DNA of 47,526 nt from the IMG/VR virus record IMGVR_UViG_3300032243_001524, positions 1-47,526 of that record. One strand, 5' to 3'. A program made the translations under genes and the position numbers. The first letter of the stretch is position 1; the number at the start of each line of letters is the position of its first letter. The notes beneath the pieces are model-generated. The model was not told where the DNA came from and did no database searches. It was given only the letters and a program-made list of their open reading frames with translations. Shown piece by piece: positions 19,125 through 28,771 of this stretch. This DNA is from a virus (lineage: Duplodnaviria; Caudoviricetes).

Positions 19125-19696
19125 GTATGGACCAGAGACTATGCCTTGTTCTGAATAAACACTGGAAGCCAGTGAGTTTTTGTTCAGCATACCATGGTAT
19201 ATCTAAAATGCTGAACGAAAGGGCCTTAATGCTTGAGGTCCCATCCTATCAGTTAATAAATGGAACTGACTGGATGTCTATGGTCTCTCCAGAAGATAAC
19301 GGTGGAATATTAACAACGCGAGGCTATTTGCCAGCTCCAGAAATTATCGTTACAAAATTCTATGAAAAATTAATTTATAGAAATCCGGCTTGTAACAGGA
19401 AAAATTTGCTTAAAAGAGATGGTTTAAGATGTCAATATACTGGTGAAAAGTTGAAAAAAGAAAACGCAACTATTGACCATATGCTACCAAAATGCCGTGG
19501 AGGTAAAACGTCGTGGGATAATTGTGTAATTACCAGTTTTAATTTTAACAATAAAAAAGGCGCAAGAACGCCAGAGGAAATTCAGAAAAAACCTCTATGC
19601 AATCCAACAAGGCCAGTTTGGGGATTGATTGACTACATCCCAGAAAATTTTACCATACCAGAATCTTGGAAATATTTTGTTGGAGATAAAAGATAG
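19121..19696 (+). CDS. HNH endonuclease (McrA-like)
   Basis: LVLNKHWKP N-terminus; RKNLLKRDGLRCQYTG; TIDHMLPKCRGG...WDN...NNKKG. Confidence 0.9.
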   Translation: MSMDQRLCLVLNKHWKPVSFCSAYHGISKMLNERALMLEVPSYQLINGTDWMSMVSPEDNGGILTTRGYLPAPEIIVTKFYEKLIYRNPACNRKNLLKRDGLRCQYTGEKLKKENATIDHMLPKCRGGKTSWDNCVITSFNFNNKKGARTPEEIQKKPLCNPTRPVWGLIDYIPENFTIPESWKYFVGDKR

Positions 19697-19882
19697 GCTT
19701 TGATGTTCCTTTATTTTGCAAAAACTTCAAAGTACCTATATTTTAACTGTTTTGGTCGAAAAAATCAAACTTGATTCTTAAGGGATATTGTACCAGAAAG
19801 ATGACAGTATGGGTAAACATTGTCCCATGAGGAAATAAAATTCGTTTGTTGTAATTTTCAGAATCATTTTAAGGAGTAAATC

Positions 19883-22432
19883 ATGTCAAACATATCACAT
19901 AATGTTAAGAATATAACCGTCGTTAATAGCGAAGCAGTTTTAAAAGAAAAAACCTACAATTACGAAGATGCACTCCAGTCTAGCACTGAGTACTTCAACG
20001 GCGACGAGTTGGCTGCAAAAGTTTTCGTTGATAAGTATGCGCTAAGAAACGAAAGCCAGCAGATGGTTGAAAAAAATCCAGACCAGATGCATCGTAGAAT
20101 TGCAAAAGAATTTGCAAGAATTGAAAAGAAAAAATTCAAGACACCATTAACTGAAGATAAGATCTATGATATTATGAAGGGATTTTCTAGAATTGTTGCA
20201 CAAGGCTCTCCGATGTATGGCATTGGAAACAAATACCAGTTTATATCATTGAGCAATTGCTATGTTGTGGCATCTCCACTAGATGCATACGGCTCAATTA
20301 TGGAGGCAGATGAGAACCTTGTCCAGATTAGCAAGCGTCGCGGTGGAGTGGGAATTGACATCTCTCACCTACGTCCGTGTGGAGCTCCCACAAAGAATGC
20401 TGCTCGCACAAGTACTGGCGTTGTGTCATTTGCAGAGCGCTACTCTAATTCAATTAGAGAAGTTGGTCAGGCTGGTCGGCGCGGAGCACTGATGATTACC
20501 CTCAATGTTCACCACCCTGATATTATAGAGTTTGCAAAAGTAAAAAGAGATCTTTCAAAGGTTACTGGTGCAAATATTTCCATTCGTTTGTCTGACGAGT
20601 TTTTGAAAGCAGTAGATGCGAACGAAGACTATGAGCAGAGGTGGCCAATTGAGTCAAGCAGCCCAACAATTTCTAAGAAAGTAAGTGCTCGATCTGTTTG
20701 GAATGTTATTGTCGAAAACGCCCATCACATGGCGGAGCCTGGACTTTTGTTCTGGGATAATATTATTAAAGAAAGTCCAGCAGATTGCTATGCAGAAATG
20801 GGTTTTCAGACAATAAGCACAAATCCATGCTCCGAAATTCCATTGTCCGCTTTTGACAGTTGCAGACTTATGCTTTTAAATGCATTTGGATATGTTGAAA
20901 AGCCATTTACTAAGAATGCATCTTTTAATTTTGATAAATTTAACGAAGATTCTGAAATCTGTCAGAGACTGATGGACGATCTTGTTGACTTAGAGATTGA
21001 ATGCATTGATAGAATTCTTGCAAAGATTGAAAGTGATCCAGAGAATAAGGAAACTAAATCTCGTGAAATAAAGCTATGGCACAATATTCGTTTGGCTGCA
21101 ATAAATGGTCGCCGTACAGGCACTGGGGCGACTGCGATTGGAGATACTCTTGCAGCTCTTGGTCTAGCATATACAAGCGATGAAGGTATAGAAATGACAG
21201 AAAAGATCTATAAAAATCTCAAGCTTTCCGCTTATAGAAGCAGTGTAGCTATGGCTAAAGAAATTGGACCATTCCCAATTTGGAATGCAGAATTGGAGAA
21301 GAATAATCCATTTATCAATAGAATTAAAGATGAAGATCCAAAACTGTATGCAGAAATGCAGAAATATGGTCGTCGCAATATTGCACTGCTAACAACTGCT
21401 CCAGCTGGATCTGTCTCTATTTTAACTCAGACTTCTAGCGGCATCGAGCCTCAGTTCATGATTGAGCCTTACGTCCGTCGCAAGAAAGGCAATCCAGGAG
21501 ATACTGGCTTCAGATCAGATTTTGTAGATCAGAACGGTGATCACTGGATGGAATTTAAAATTTATCCACCAAAGGTAAAAATGTGGATGGACATTACTGG
21601 AGAGACTGATCTAAACAAGAGTCCATGGCGTGGGTCAACAGCATCTGAGCTTGAGTGGCGCAAGAGAGTTTACCTGCAGTCTGTCGCACAGAAGCATCTA
21701 GACCACGCAATATCTAGCACTTTAAATCTTCCAAGCGATGTCACTGTTGAGTCTGTTGATGAGATTTATAGAACTGCATGGAAGAGTGGGTGTAAGGGAA
21801 TTACCATCTATCGTGATGGATGCAGAACTGGAGTTCTCGTCGCAGAAACAAAGAAGAAGGAGGCCAGCGATGAGATTGTACAGACAAAGGCTCCAAAGCG
21901 CACGGAAGCACTTCCTTGCGACGTGCACCATTGCAACGTAAAAAACAAACCATATTTTGTGATAGTTGGAAAAATGAAAGACAAGCCATATGAGGTATTT
22001 GCAAGTATGAATCAAATATCTGAATCTGAAGAAGACATGCTTATTTCAAAGAATTTCAATGAAGGTACTCTTACAAAGGAAGCCCGAGGTCACTACCGTG
22101 CAGATCTCACCGATAAGCATGATAATAAGATGACCATCAAGAAGATTGGAGATAAGTTATCTGAGGAAGAGGCTGCTCTTACTCGAATGATATCCACTGC
22201 ACTTCGACATGGCGCTGATGTTCAGTTTATTGTACACCAGCTTGAAAAGGTTGAGGGGACAATGCATGGATTCTCTAAGAGTATTTCGCGTGCTCTTAAG
22301 AAATATATTGCTGATGGAACCGAAGTGAGTGGAGAGACCTGTGGTTCTTGCAAGACTCAGGAAAAAGCTGCTCTCATTAGACAGGAAGGCTGTATCATCT
22401 GCAAGAATTGCGGATGGTCAAAGTGCGGATAA
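19883..22432 (+). CDS. nrdJ: adenosylcobalamin-dependent (class II) ribonucleotide reductase with C-terminal TSCPD-like domain and Zn ribbon
   Basis: SLSNCY, GRRGALM, GANISI, TNPCSEIPL, APAGSVS, KGITIYRDG, C-terminal CGSC...CKNCGWSKCG; no beta-subunit gene adjacent; AAGGAG RBS. Confidence 0.93.
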   Translation: MSNISHNVKNITVVNSEAVLKEKTYNYEDALQSSTEYFNGDELAAKVFVDKYALRNESQQMVEKNPDQMHRRIAKEFARIEKKKFKTPLTEDKIYDIMKGFSRIVAQGSPMYGIGNKYQFISLSNCYVVASPLDAYGSIMEADENLVQISKRRGGVGIDISHLRPCGAPTKNAARTSTGVVSFAERYSNSIREVGQAGRRGALMITLNVHHPDIIEFAKVKRDLSKVTGANISIRLSDEFLKAVDANEDYEQRWPIESSSPTISKKVSARSVWNVIVENAHHMAEPGLLFWDNIIKESPADCYAEMGFQTISTNPCSEIPLSAFDSCRLMLLNAFGYVEKPFTKNASFNFDKFNEDSEICQRLMDDLVDLEIECIDRILAKIESDPENKETKSREIKLWHNIRLAAINGRRTGTGATAIGDTLAALGLAYTSDEGIEMTEKIYKNLKLSAYRSSVAMAKEIGPFPIWNAELEKNNPFINRIKDEDPKLYAEMQKYGRRNIALLTTAPAGSVSILTQTSSGIEPQFMIEPYVRRKKGNPGDTGFRSDFVDQNGDHWMEFKIYPPKVKMWMDITGETDLNKSPWRGSTASELEWRKRVYLQSVAQKHLDHAISSTLNLPSDVTVESVDEIYRTAWKSGCKGITIYRDGCRTGVLVAETKKKEASDEIVQTKAPKRTEALPCDVHHCNVKNKPYFVIVGKMKDKPYEVFASMNQISESEEDMLISKNFNEGTLTKEARGHYRADLTDKHDNKMTIKKIGDKLSEEEAALTRMISTALRHGADVQFIVHQLEKVEGTMHGFSKSISRALKKYIADGTEVSGETCGSCKTQEKAALIRQEGCIICKNCGWSKCG

Positions 22433-22444
22433 AAGGAGAAGGCT

Positions 22445-22918
22445 ATGGATATTAAATTTCAAATGTTGACTGAAGGCGCAAAGCCTTTGAAGAAAGCAAA
22501 TCATAATGATTCTGGCTGGGACTTAACGGCGTCATCTGAACCATCTTTTGACATAAGAAGTGTTGCAGGTAAAGAATATATTATGAATATTATTTATGAC
22601 ACTGGAGTAAGAGTAGAGTTTCCAGAGGGTTATTGTGGCTTTGTCTATCCAAGATCAAGTATTAAGAAATATGACCTGTTTTTATCAAACTCAGTTGGCG
22701 TTATAGACGAGGGGTACAGGGGTACGATACAAGTCGCATTCCGAACAGTCGTGCCCGTAGAACCAAAGGACGCCGCTTCATTGACCATATATAAGAAAGG
22801 GGACAGGATCGCTCAGCTTGTAATTACTAAAAGAGATGATTCCAATATGGTGGAGGGCAATGTCGGGACTGATACTGCTCGATCCACTGGTGGATTTGGT
22901 TCATCTGGAACAGCATGA
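22445..22918 (+). CDS. dut: trimeric dUTPase
   Basis: DSGWDL, PRSS, GVIDEGYRG, RIAQL, RSTGGFGSSG. Confidence 0.97.
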   Translation: MDIKFQMLTEGAKPLKKANHNDSGWDLTASSEPSFDIRSVAGKEYIMNIIYDTGVRVEFPEGYCGFVYPRSSIKKYDLFLSNSVGVIDEGYRGTIQVAFRTVVPVEPKDAASLTIYKKGDRIAQLVITKRDDSNMVEGNVGTDTARSTGGFGSSGTA

Positions 22919-24741
22919 TCTTAAATCCCCAAAACATTATTTATGTATATAACTCTGGAGATGAAGATAGCGTAAAACTAGCACAAGAGTACGCTCTCAT
23001 ACGTCAAGTCCCAAGCAGCAATCTGCTTGGGCTTGATGTTTTTACAAAGAGTATTCTTAATAATAGAGCAGAATTTGAAGCACAATTAGAAAATCCAATC
23101 AAACAAGCAATTGAAGACTTGGGTGGTTTTGGAAAAACAATATTTAGCTGCGTATTAGGCTATAGAATACCAGCAGGATATTATTCTGAATATGGAGTTA
23201 TATCTTCTTGTAGTGCAATAGCTGCGATGTATCTGAAAAATAAGGAACCAGTTCATAATCCAGCATATCGTAAAGAGAAAAAAGAAGTATATTCTTATCA
23301 GTTTGGAGTCTTGCCAACATGTCAACAAGACATGCCTACATATCCTGCTATGAAAAAGAAAATGGCAGACTTCAGTAAATTTGTTAATAAAATAAATGCT
23401 GATGGTTCTTTGTACTTTGACAGATGGAGTTTAAAAGAAACTTTTTCAATTGATTCATATGCAGCAGAGTTAAAAGACTTTGAAATAAATTTGATTCCCA
23501 ATTATTTTAAAAGATACTATCTGACATCTGAACCAATAGATGATGTTCGAAGTGACTTTGGATACGCAGAAAATGACTCATTCTTTTGGTCTGCGGGTTT
23601 AGAGAATTTAACTAAAAGTTATTTTATAAATACTAAAAAAGCAAATAGAATTTTATTCTTTAATGGTGATACAGACTCTTTTAAGAGCTTTAGAAGTGAT
23701 AACGAATTTGGTCCAGCCATAGCTGCTCTCTATGCTGGGTATGTTGCTGCCGCTGGTATGATGAGTGATTTTATAGCAAATATAGATGTAGATCCATATG
23801 CAGTTGACCCATATATATTTAATGCTCAAAACGCTTCTTCTTGTTGGATAAGGCCAGAGCCGTTTTTTAAAAGTCTTAATATTGAAACTACTCTACTTGA
23901 GGCAATTTATTTTTCAATGCCATTACTTAATTGTCCAATCACAATTTTTGCTGATCCACTTATAAAAGTTGATTTAAAAGACGCACTTGCAATACCAACT
24001 AAAATAAGCGCAAGAGATGGATGGTCAGATATACACCTTAAGTTAAGCGAGATAGGCTCTTTAGCTAGTAACCGTGCCAATGCAGCGTTATCAATTTTAT
24101 CCAGAGCTGGAACTTATAGTGGAGTAGAAGAGCAGTTGTGGGCATTAAAAAACTTTTCATTTATACAAAGCGGAAACGATAGTACCGCATTAAAATCATT
24201 TGCTCAACCAGCAGTATCTGGATGGAAGAAATTTATAGAGCTTGCTTATTTTGAAACCTTAGATGTAGCTGTTCCAAATTTTTTAAGATTTATAAATGAG
24301 ATTGATTTTAAAATGACAAATGGTTTTATATACTTGAATTTAAATGAAGGTCAAGTAAGAGCTGAAGTGCAGCCAGAAAATATAGAATCTAACGGTTTCT
24401 TTTATATAGAAACAAAATTACCATCAACCAATATTGGGACAGGTTATTACAATATACAAATTGAAGTATATGAAAATATTGATGATGACAAACCCGTAAT
24501 TAAATCTGTATCATATGACGACTTTGATAATTGGCTTGTAGAAGATTTTGATAAGAAATACAGAGCTTTCCCAGCACAAGGATTATTTAGTTCTCTTACT
24601 GATAGAAATATAAGATTTATCAATCGTAAAGCAATACCAAATAAAAAGCTTGGAAATTCTGTATGGGTCAAGTTTACGTATATGCTAGACAATGGCAGTA
24701 ATCTACAGTCATCCTTACAGGAAGTTATGGTGATATCATGA
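22915..24741 (+). CDS. TIGR03790-like protein with C-terminal extension
   Basis: IYVYNSGDEDSVKLAQEYALIRQVP resembles the TIGR03790 N-terminus; LEAIYFSMP...FADPL resembles its C-terminal GDPL motif. Confidence 0.6.
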   Translation: MILNPQNIIYVYNSGDEDSVKLAQEYALIRQVPSSNLLGLDVFTKSILNNRAEFEAQLENPIKQAIEDLGGFGKTIFSCVLGYRIPAGYYSEYGVISSCSAIAAMYLKNKEPVHNPAYRKEKKEVYSYQFGVLPTCQQDMPTYPAMKKKMADFSKFVNKINADGSLYFDRWSLKETFSIDSYAAELKDFEINLIPNYFKRYYLTSEPIDDVRSDFGYAENDSFFWSAGLENLTKSYFINTKKANRILFFNGDTDSFKSFRSDNEFGPAIAALYAGYVAAAGMMSDFIANIDVDPYAVDPYIFNAQNASSCWIRPEPFFKSLNIETTLLEAIYFSMPLLNCPITIFADPLIKVDLKDALAIPTKISARDGWSDIHLKLSEIGSLASNRANAALSILSRAGTYSGVEEQLWALKNFSFIQSGNDSTALKSFAQPAVSGWKKFIELAYFETLDVAVPNFLRFINEIDFKMTNGFIYLNLNEGQVRAEVQPENIESNGFFYIETKLPSTNIGTGYYNIQIEVYENIDDDKPVIKSVSYDDFDNWLVEDFDKKYRAFPAQGLFSSLTDRNIRFINRKAIPNKKLGNSVWVKFTYMLDNGSNLQSSLQEVMVIS

Positions 24742-25220
24742 TTAAGCCAGGAGAGTATAGATTTATAATAGACAACTTGGATCAGATAGTATATGCGTCT
24801 GATCGCATAGCGTATGTCTTTCAAGACTGTAGAGAAATAGCCTCCTCTATTGATGTTCAACCAAATGACTTTAGATACAAACAAATGGTCGCTGGATTTA
24901 AGCTTACACAAAAAAGTTACTATGATAGTGCAAATTCATATTCTATATTTTACTTACAATTAATAGTCAATATGACTACTCTGATAAAAAAACAATACGG
25001 AATAACATTGGACCAGTTACTTGAAGAACAATATATTGACTTCAGTAGCTTGATTTACAGTAAGTTGCCAGAATTTGCCAAGCTTAATCCAACTGAGCGT
25101 CTTGGAACCAAAAGAGCAACATGGGCAGAAATCGATACAAATATAAATGAAATACAGCTCGCTAAATACTCAGGCGTGCGAATGACTTGGGATTTTATAG
25201 GCGCAAAAAACGATGATTAA
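24738..25220 (+). CDS. hypothetical protein
   Basis: ATGA-coupled ORF. Confidence 0.65.
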   Translation: MIKPGEYRFIIDNLDQIVYASDRIAYVFQDCREIASSIDVQPNDFRYKQMVAGFKLTQKSYYDSANSYSIFYLQLIVNMTTLIKKQYGITLDQLLEEQYIDFSSLIYSKLPEFAKLNPTERLGTKRATWAEIDTNINEIQLAKYSGVRMTWDFIGAKNDD

Positions 25221-25633
25221 GGAAGATACTTCATCTTGCCTTCGAGTCTCGTCATAACATCAGTGTACTTGTACCAAAGCTCTGGTTCACCATCGAAGGA
25301 TGTTATCTTGGCTGCTATTAAATGCATGAGTCCAATTGCCAACCTTATGTCCCTAATTGACTCAGTAGCCTTTTGCATGTCAGGATTTTCAAGCATGCGA
25401 TTTGCTTTTGTAATAAGGACCTTGTCGTTTGGGTAATTTCGTTTCACATCGTTACTTAACTCTTCAATTTGATTTTTAAGAGTAGCTATAAAAGCTTGAT
25501 TTCTAATATTTTCTTGCTGAAGTGTTTCGTTTTTAGCGACAAAGTGATTTAAAAGTTTTAATGATTGATTAACATTATCTATACTTTTAAAAAGCATGTC
25601 ATCTGGTGGAGTTGGTTTATCTATTTCGTTCAT
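25217..25633 (-). CDS. hypothetical coiled-coil protein
   Basis: 138-aa ORF, heptad-like composition, tight spacing. Confidence 0.65.
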   Translation of the reverse strand: MNEIDKPTPPDDMLFKSIDNVNQSLKLLNHFVAKNETLQQENIRNQAFIATLKNQIEELSNDVKRNYPNDKVLITKANRMLENPDMQKATESIRDIRLAIGLMHLIAAKITSFDGEPELWYKYTDVMTRLEGKMKYLP

Positions 25634-25636
25634 ATA

Positions 25637-26239
25637 TTAAATAGTCATAGTGCTGATATCTTCAGATGGGCAGCTAGTTCTAAACTTGCTATTTAGCCCA
25701 TCAAGGGCTCCTGGGAGCCAAACTGCAAACGAAGAATAAATTGCATCGTTTATCTTCTTACCTTTTTCTGTTGGTGTCCCAAAAGCTGTGCCTGTATTAG
25801 TTCTGTCACCTCTGATATCGTACAAAAGCTCTCTTGCATATGACAAATTTTCTAACAGGTCAACAATTTCTCTAAATGTTGCATCAGATGCCCCCATGTA
25901 TGGAGTACCTACTCTACCAGCATCTACATACTTTTTAAGCATTTTTAATATTACCTTACCACCACTACTTTTGTTTAGTTCACTGGGGCAATTTACGTCT
26001 TTTACTGATTTTTTAAAGTCTTCTTGCATTTCTTTAGAATAATTTTTTACCTTGTAAGGGATATCAAGATCAAGAATTTCTCCAGCAGACTGAAGCCCTT
26101 GCAAAAATGGAAGCGTAGAAGTGCCACGGAAAATAGTCTTAAACGCCTCATTTCTTGTTATATCACCTAGTCTTCCAACTAGAGATGATATTGCTTCTTT
26201 TTTAATATCAGAATAATTTGCAGACTTAATTATGATCAT
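25637..26239 (-). CDS. hypothetical protein with K-x-A N-terminal tags
   Basis: MIIIKSA...IKKEA; AGGAG RBS. Confidence 0.7.
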   Translation of the reverse strand: MIIIKSANYSDIKKEAISSLVGRLGDITRNEAFKTIFRGTSTLPFLQGLQSAGEILDLDIPYKVKNYSKEMQEDFKKSVKDVNCPSELNKSSGGKVILKMLKKYVDAGRVGTPYMGASDATFREIVDLLENLSYARELLYDIRGDRTNTGTAFGTPTEKGKKINDAIYSSFAVWLPGALDGLNSKFRTSCPSEDISTMTI

Positions 26240-26241
26240 AT

Positions 26242-26814
26242 TTATCTCCTACTTGTGATTATATATAAAAATTGTAAACTTTTACCTAATTGCTGATTAA
26301 TGGGGGCAAATGTAGCAAATATGCTTTCTTGTTCAATAAGATTATGGACCTTGTTCATAGCATTTAAAAAAGATGGAGGGAAGTTTCCTTTGAATCCCGA
26401 TATTTGGTGTGGATGAATTGGAGTGAGTGTAGAAACATCAAACTTTCTACCCCCCTTTACATGGCACATTTGTTCTGGAGTAAGCATCATCTTTGCCAAA
26501 TTACTCTGACTTCTATTCAGTACCATTTGACTGGTTTCTGCACTAAGCCTTCTTAAACTAATTACTACAGCGTCAATAACTCCAACTATGGCCTCCATGG
26601 GAGCTATGTCGTATTGTTGTCTCTTAATTAAGATACTCTCAATTTTTTCTTCTTTTTGAGCTCTTTTTTCTTCTTCAATAATCATACTCATTTCTTGATA
26701 TTCTTGGAGCAGAAAATTAATAGCAGTATCTGCCACATGTTGCTCTTGTGGAGTTAACATTTCTTGGGTATTTGACTCAAAGGTTGTAAAAAGGTTTCTG
26801 AGGAGGTTTTTCAT
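26242..26814 (-). CDS. hypothetical protein
   Basis: 190-aa ORF, first of a three-gene minus-strand run. Confidence 0.65.
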   Translation of the reverse strand: MKNLLRNLFTTFESNTQEMLTPQEQHVADTAINFLLQEYQEMSMIIEEEKRAQKEEKIESILIKRQQYDIAPMEAIVGVIDAVVISLRRLSAETSQMVLNRSQSNLAKMMLTPEQMCHVKGGRKFDVSTLTPIHPHQISGFKGNFPPSFLNAMNKVHNLIEQESIFATFAPINQQLGKSLQFLYIITSRR

Positions 26815-26867
26815 AATAGTAGCAATAAGATAATATAGTTTTCACTATTTTACAGGATAACTCCTAT

Positions 26868-27743
26868 ATGTATTCATCGAACAGTATATTCTTTACCCGT
26901 AATAGTCAATTACTAAAACAAGCTCAGTCGAGTGGAGCTCCATATTATGTGGACGTAAACGGAAATAAGACGGCGACGCCATCAATAATAGAGTGGGGCG
27001 GAAATCGCTATTATTACATGTCAGATGGATACATGTATGCAGAAAAGACAAAACAGAAAATTGAATTTAATCAAAATGTGGCTAGTGCTGTAAAGCAAAG
27101 AGAGCAAACAGAAAAATCACAAGCTACTGCACAAAAGACACAAGCGCCAACTCAAAATTCTCAATTTGATAGTGTAAATCAAAGAAGAAGGCAGCTCGGA
27201 TTGTCTCCATACATGTCACCTCAAGAAATGATGACTGGTGAGCGTAAGGCTAGAATTGAATATGAAAAAGCAATGGCAGCATATGCAAAGAGACATGGAA
27301 TGGATTCCTCAGAGTTTAAAAAGATTTTCCCAGATCCAATCGCATGGGAAGCTGGACAGAGAGCTTCTCTAAAGAAAGAAAACTTTACTGATACTGAAAT
27401 ATTAGAAGCAATAACTTCTTTCGATCAAGAAAAATTAGATCAAATCGAAAGGTCAGAAGTCGCAAGAGTATTACAAAGTTTTATAAGAAGCATTCCTTCA
27501 TACAATGCTCGTGGAGGCCAATCATGGGAAGAGTACGTGGCTTTCTTGGAAGACACCGAATTACCACAGCATGCAATTAGAGATCCAAGAATGATTAAAT
27601 ATATTATTAATCAAAAAATGAGAGCTTACCGTAATTCGATGAAGGGCGGAATGGCGTCCGCAGCACGTGAGCGTGGATCATTTGAGGCGTCCATGAAAAG
27701 ACAAGCTCCACGTCAGCCTCAAGTTCGTCCATTCAATCAATAA
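26868..27743 (+). CDS. hypothetical protein with KQAQ tag
   Basis: 291-aa ORF; LLKQAQ at aa 15-20. Confidence 0.7.
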   Translation: MYSSNSIFFTRNSQLLKQAQSSGAPYYVDVNGNKTATPSIIEWGGNRYYYMSDGYMYAEKTKQKIEFNQNVASAVKQREQTEKSQATAQKTQAPTQNSQFDSVNQRRRQLGLSPYMSPQEMMTGERKARIEYEKAMAAYAKRHGMDSSEFKKIFPDPIAWEAGQRASLKKENFTDTEILEAITSFDQEKLDQIERSEVARVLQSFIRSIPSYNARGGQSWEEYVAFLEDTELPQHAIRDPRMIKYIINQKMRAYRNSMKGGMASAARERGSFEASMKRQAPRQPQVRPFNQ

Positions 27744-27762
27744 TTGATAAAAATAATACAAT

Positions 27763-27791
27763 AAAAAAGGCAGGCTTAGCCTGCCTTTTTT
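27763..27791. terminator. bidirectional intrinsic terminator
   Basis: AAAAAAGGCAGGC-tta-GCCTGCCTTTTTT between convergent genes. Confidence 0.9.
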
Positions 27792-27811
27792 ACTATCTTT
27801 TTATTTAATTT

Positions 27812-28762
27812 TTATCTATCTTCATATTCTCCAGTAAAGATAAATCTTTTAAGGTCTTTATCATATCTAACCTTAAAGTATCTCTTCTTGCCTTCTGGAC
27901 TCACATATGGGCCATGAAAGCCTTCAACGCCAGCTGGCTTCTTGTTGGGGAAGAAGTATGTCTTTACAGCAGCTGTAGATGCAGGAGCTGGAGTTGACGG
28001 AATTGGAGTGTTCTGTGCTGTAGCTGGTGTGGTAGAAACATTCGCAGAACCACCACCAGCAGCAGAAGAGACACCACCAGTGTCAGGCTTAGGCTTAGAT
28101 GCTGCGGCATCAGCGCCAGTATCAGGACTGCCTCCAGGAGTTGGAGCAGGAGTTGGAGCAGGAGTTGGCTTTTGTCCCTCTGGCCCAGCACCTAGTGGAA
28201 CATTTGGTTCATATGGACTGGTTGCAGTAGACTGAGGACCTTGGGCCTTTGGACTGCCTGTATCAGTTGCGGCACCTATACCTGCGCCTGCACCGCCAGA
28301 AACTGAAGCTGCGGCACCTGCGCCTGCGCCTGCTGCAGCCTGCATATCTGTTTGAATATCAGCAGCAAGTTGATCAAGATATTTAATTCTTGACTCAAAT
28401 GAGCCTCTTTGAGAAATTGGAAGAATACTATTAGCTTCATACCAAGATTGATCGATTGGCCCTCCACCTCCGGCGAATTCATCTGCAGCTCGCTCCTTTT
28501 GAGAGCCAGTTGTCATTCTTTCTTTCCAGTAATTGATAACTTGCATCTTTTCAGCTGGCTCAAGAGCAGCAAAATACTGTGTTGCAACTCCGATTCTGTC
28601 AAGTCTTCCATTTTGGATAAACTCAAGTGCTTTCTTGTTAAACATTGCCTTAGTAGCTGCTTCTTGACGAGCATCTGCAGCAGACTTTTGTGCAAATTTT
28701 AATACATTGCCAGTTGATTTGGCAACAATTTTTTGTGTGATTATTTGTGATCTATTTGTCAT
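27812..28762 (-). CDS. Ala/Gly/Pro-rich hypothetical protein with KFAQ tag
   Basis: LKFAQ near N-terminus; PTPA repeats; small basic C-terminal domain; AAGGAG RBS. Confidence 0.7.
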   Translation of the reverse strand: MTNRSQIITQKIVAKSTGNVLKFAQKSAADARQEAATKAMFNKKALEFIQNGRLDRIGVATQYFAALEPAEKMQVINYWKERMTTGSQKERAADEFAGGGGPIDQSWYEANSILPISQRGSFESRIKYLDQLAADIQTDMQAAAGAGAGAAASVSGGAGAGIGAATDTGSPKAQGPQSTATSPYEPNVPLGAGPEGQKPTPAPTPAPTPGGSPDTGADAAASKPKPDTGGVSSAAGGGSANVSTTPATAQNTPIPSTPAPASTAAVKTYFFPNKKPAGVEGFHGPYVSPEGKKRYFKVRYDKDLKRFIFTGEYEDR

Positions 28763-28771
28763 ATGAGCTCC

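Noticed and set aside
19697-19882. Cobalamin riboswitch or NrdR box upstream of nrdJ
   Set aside because: Only a weak ATGGG/CCCAT stem; no B12-box or convincing NrdR palindrome visible
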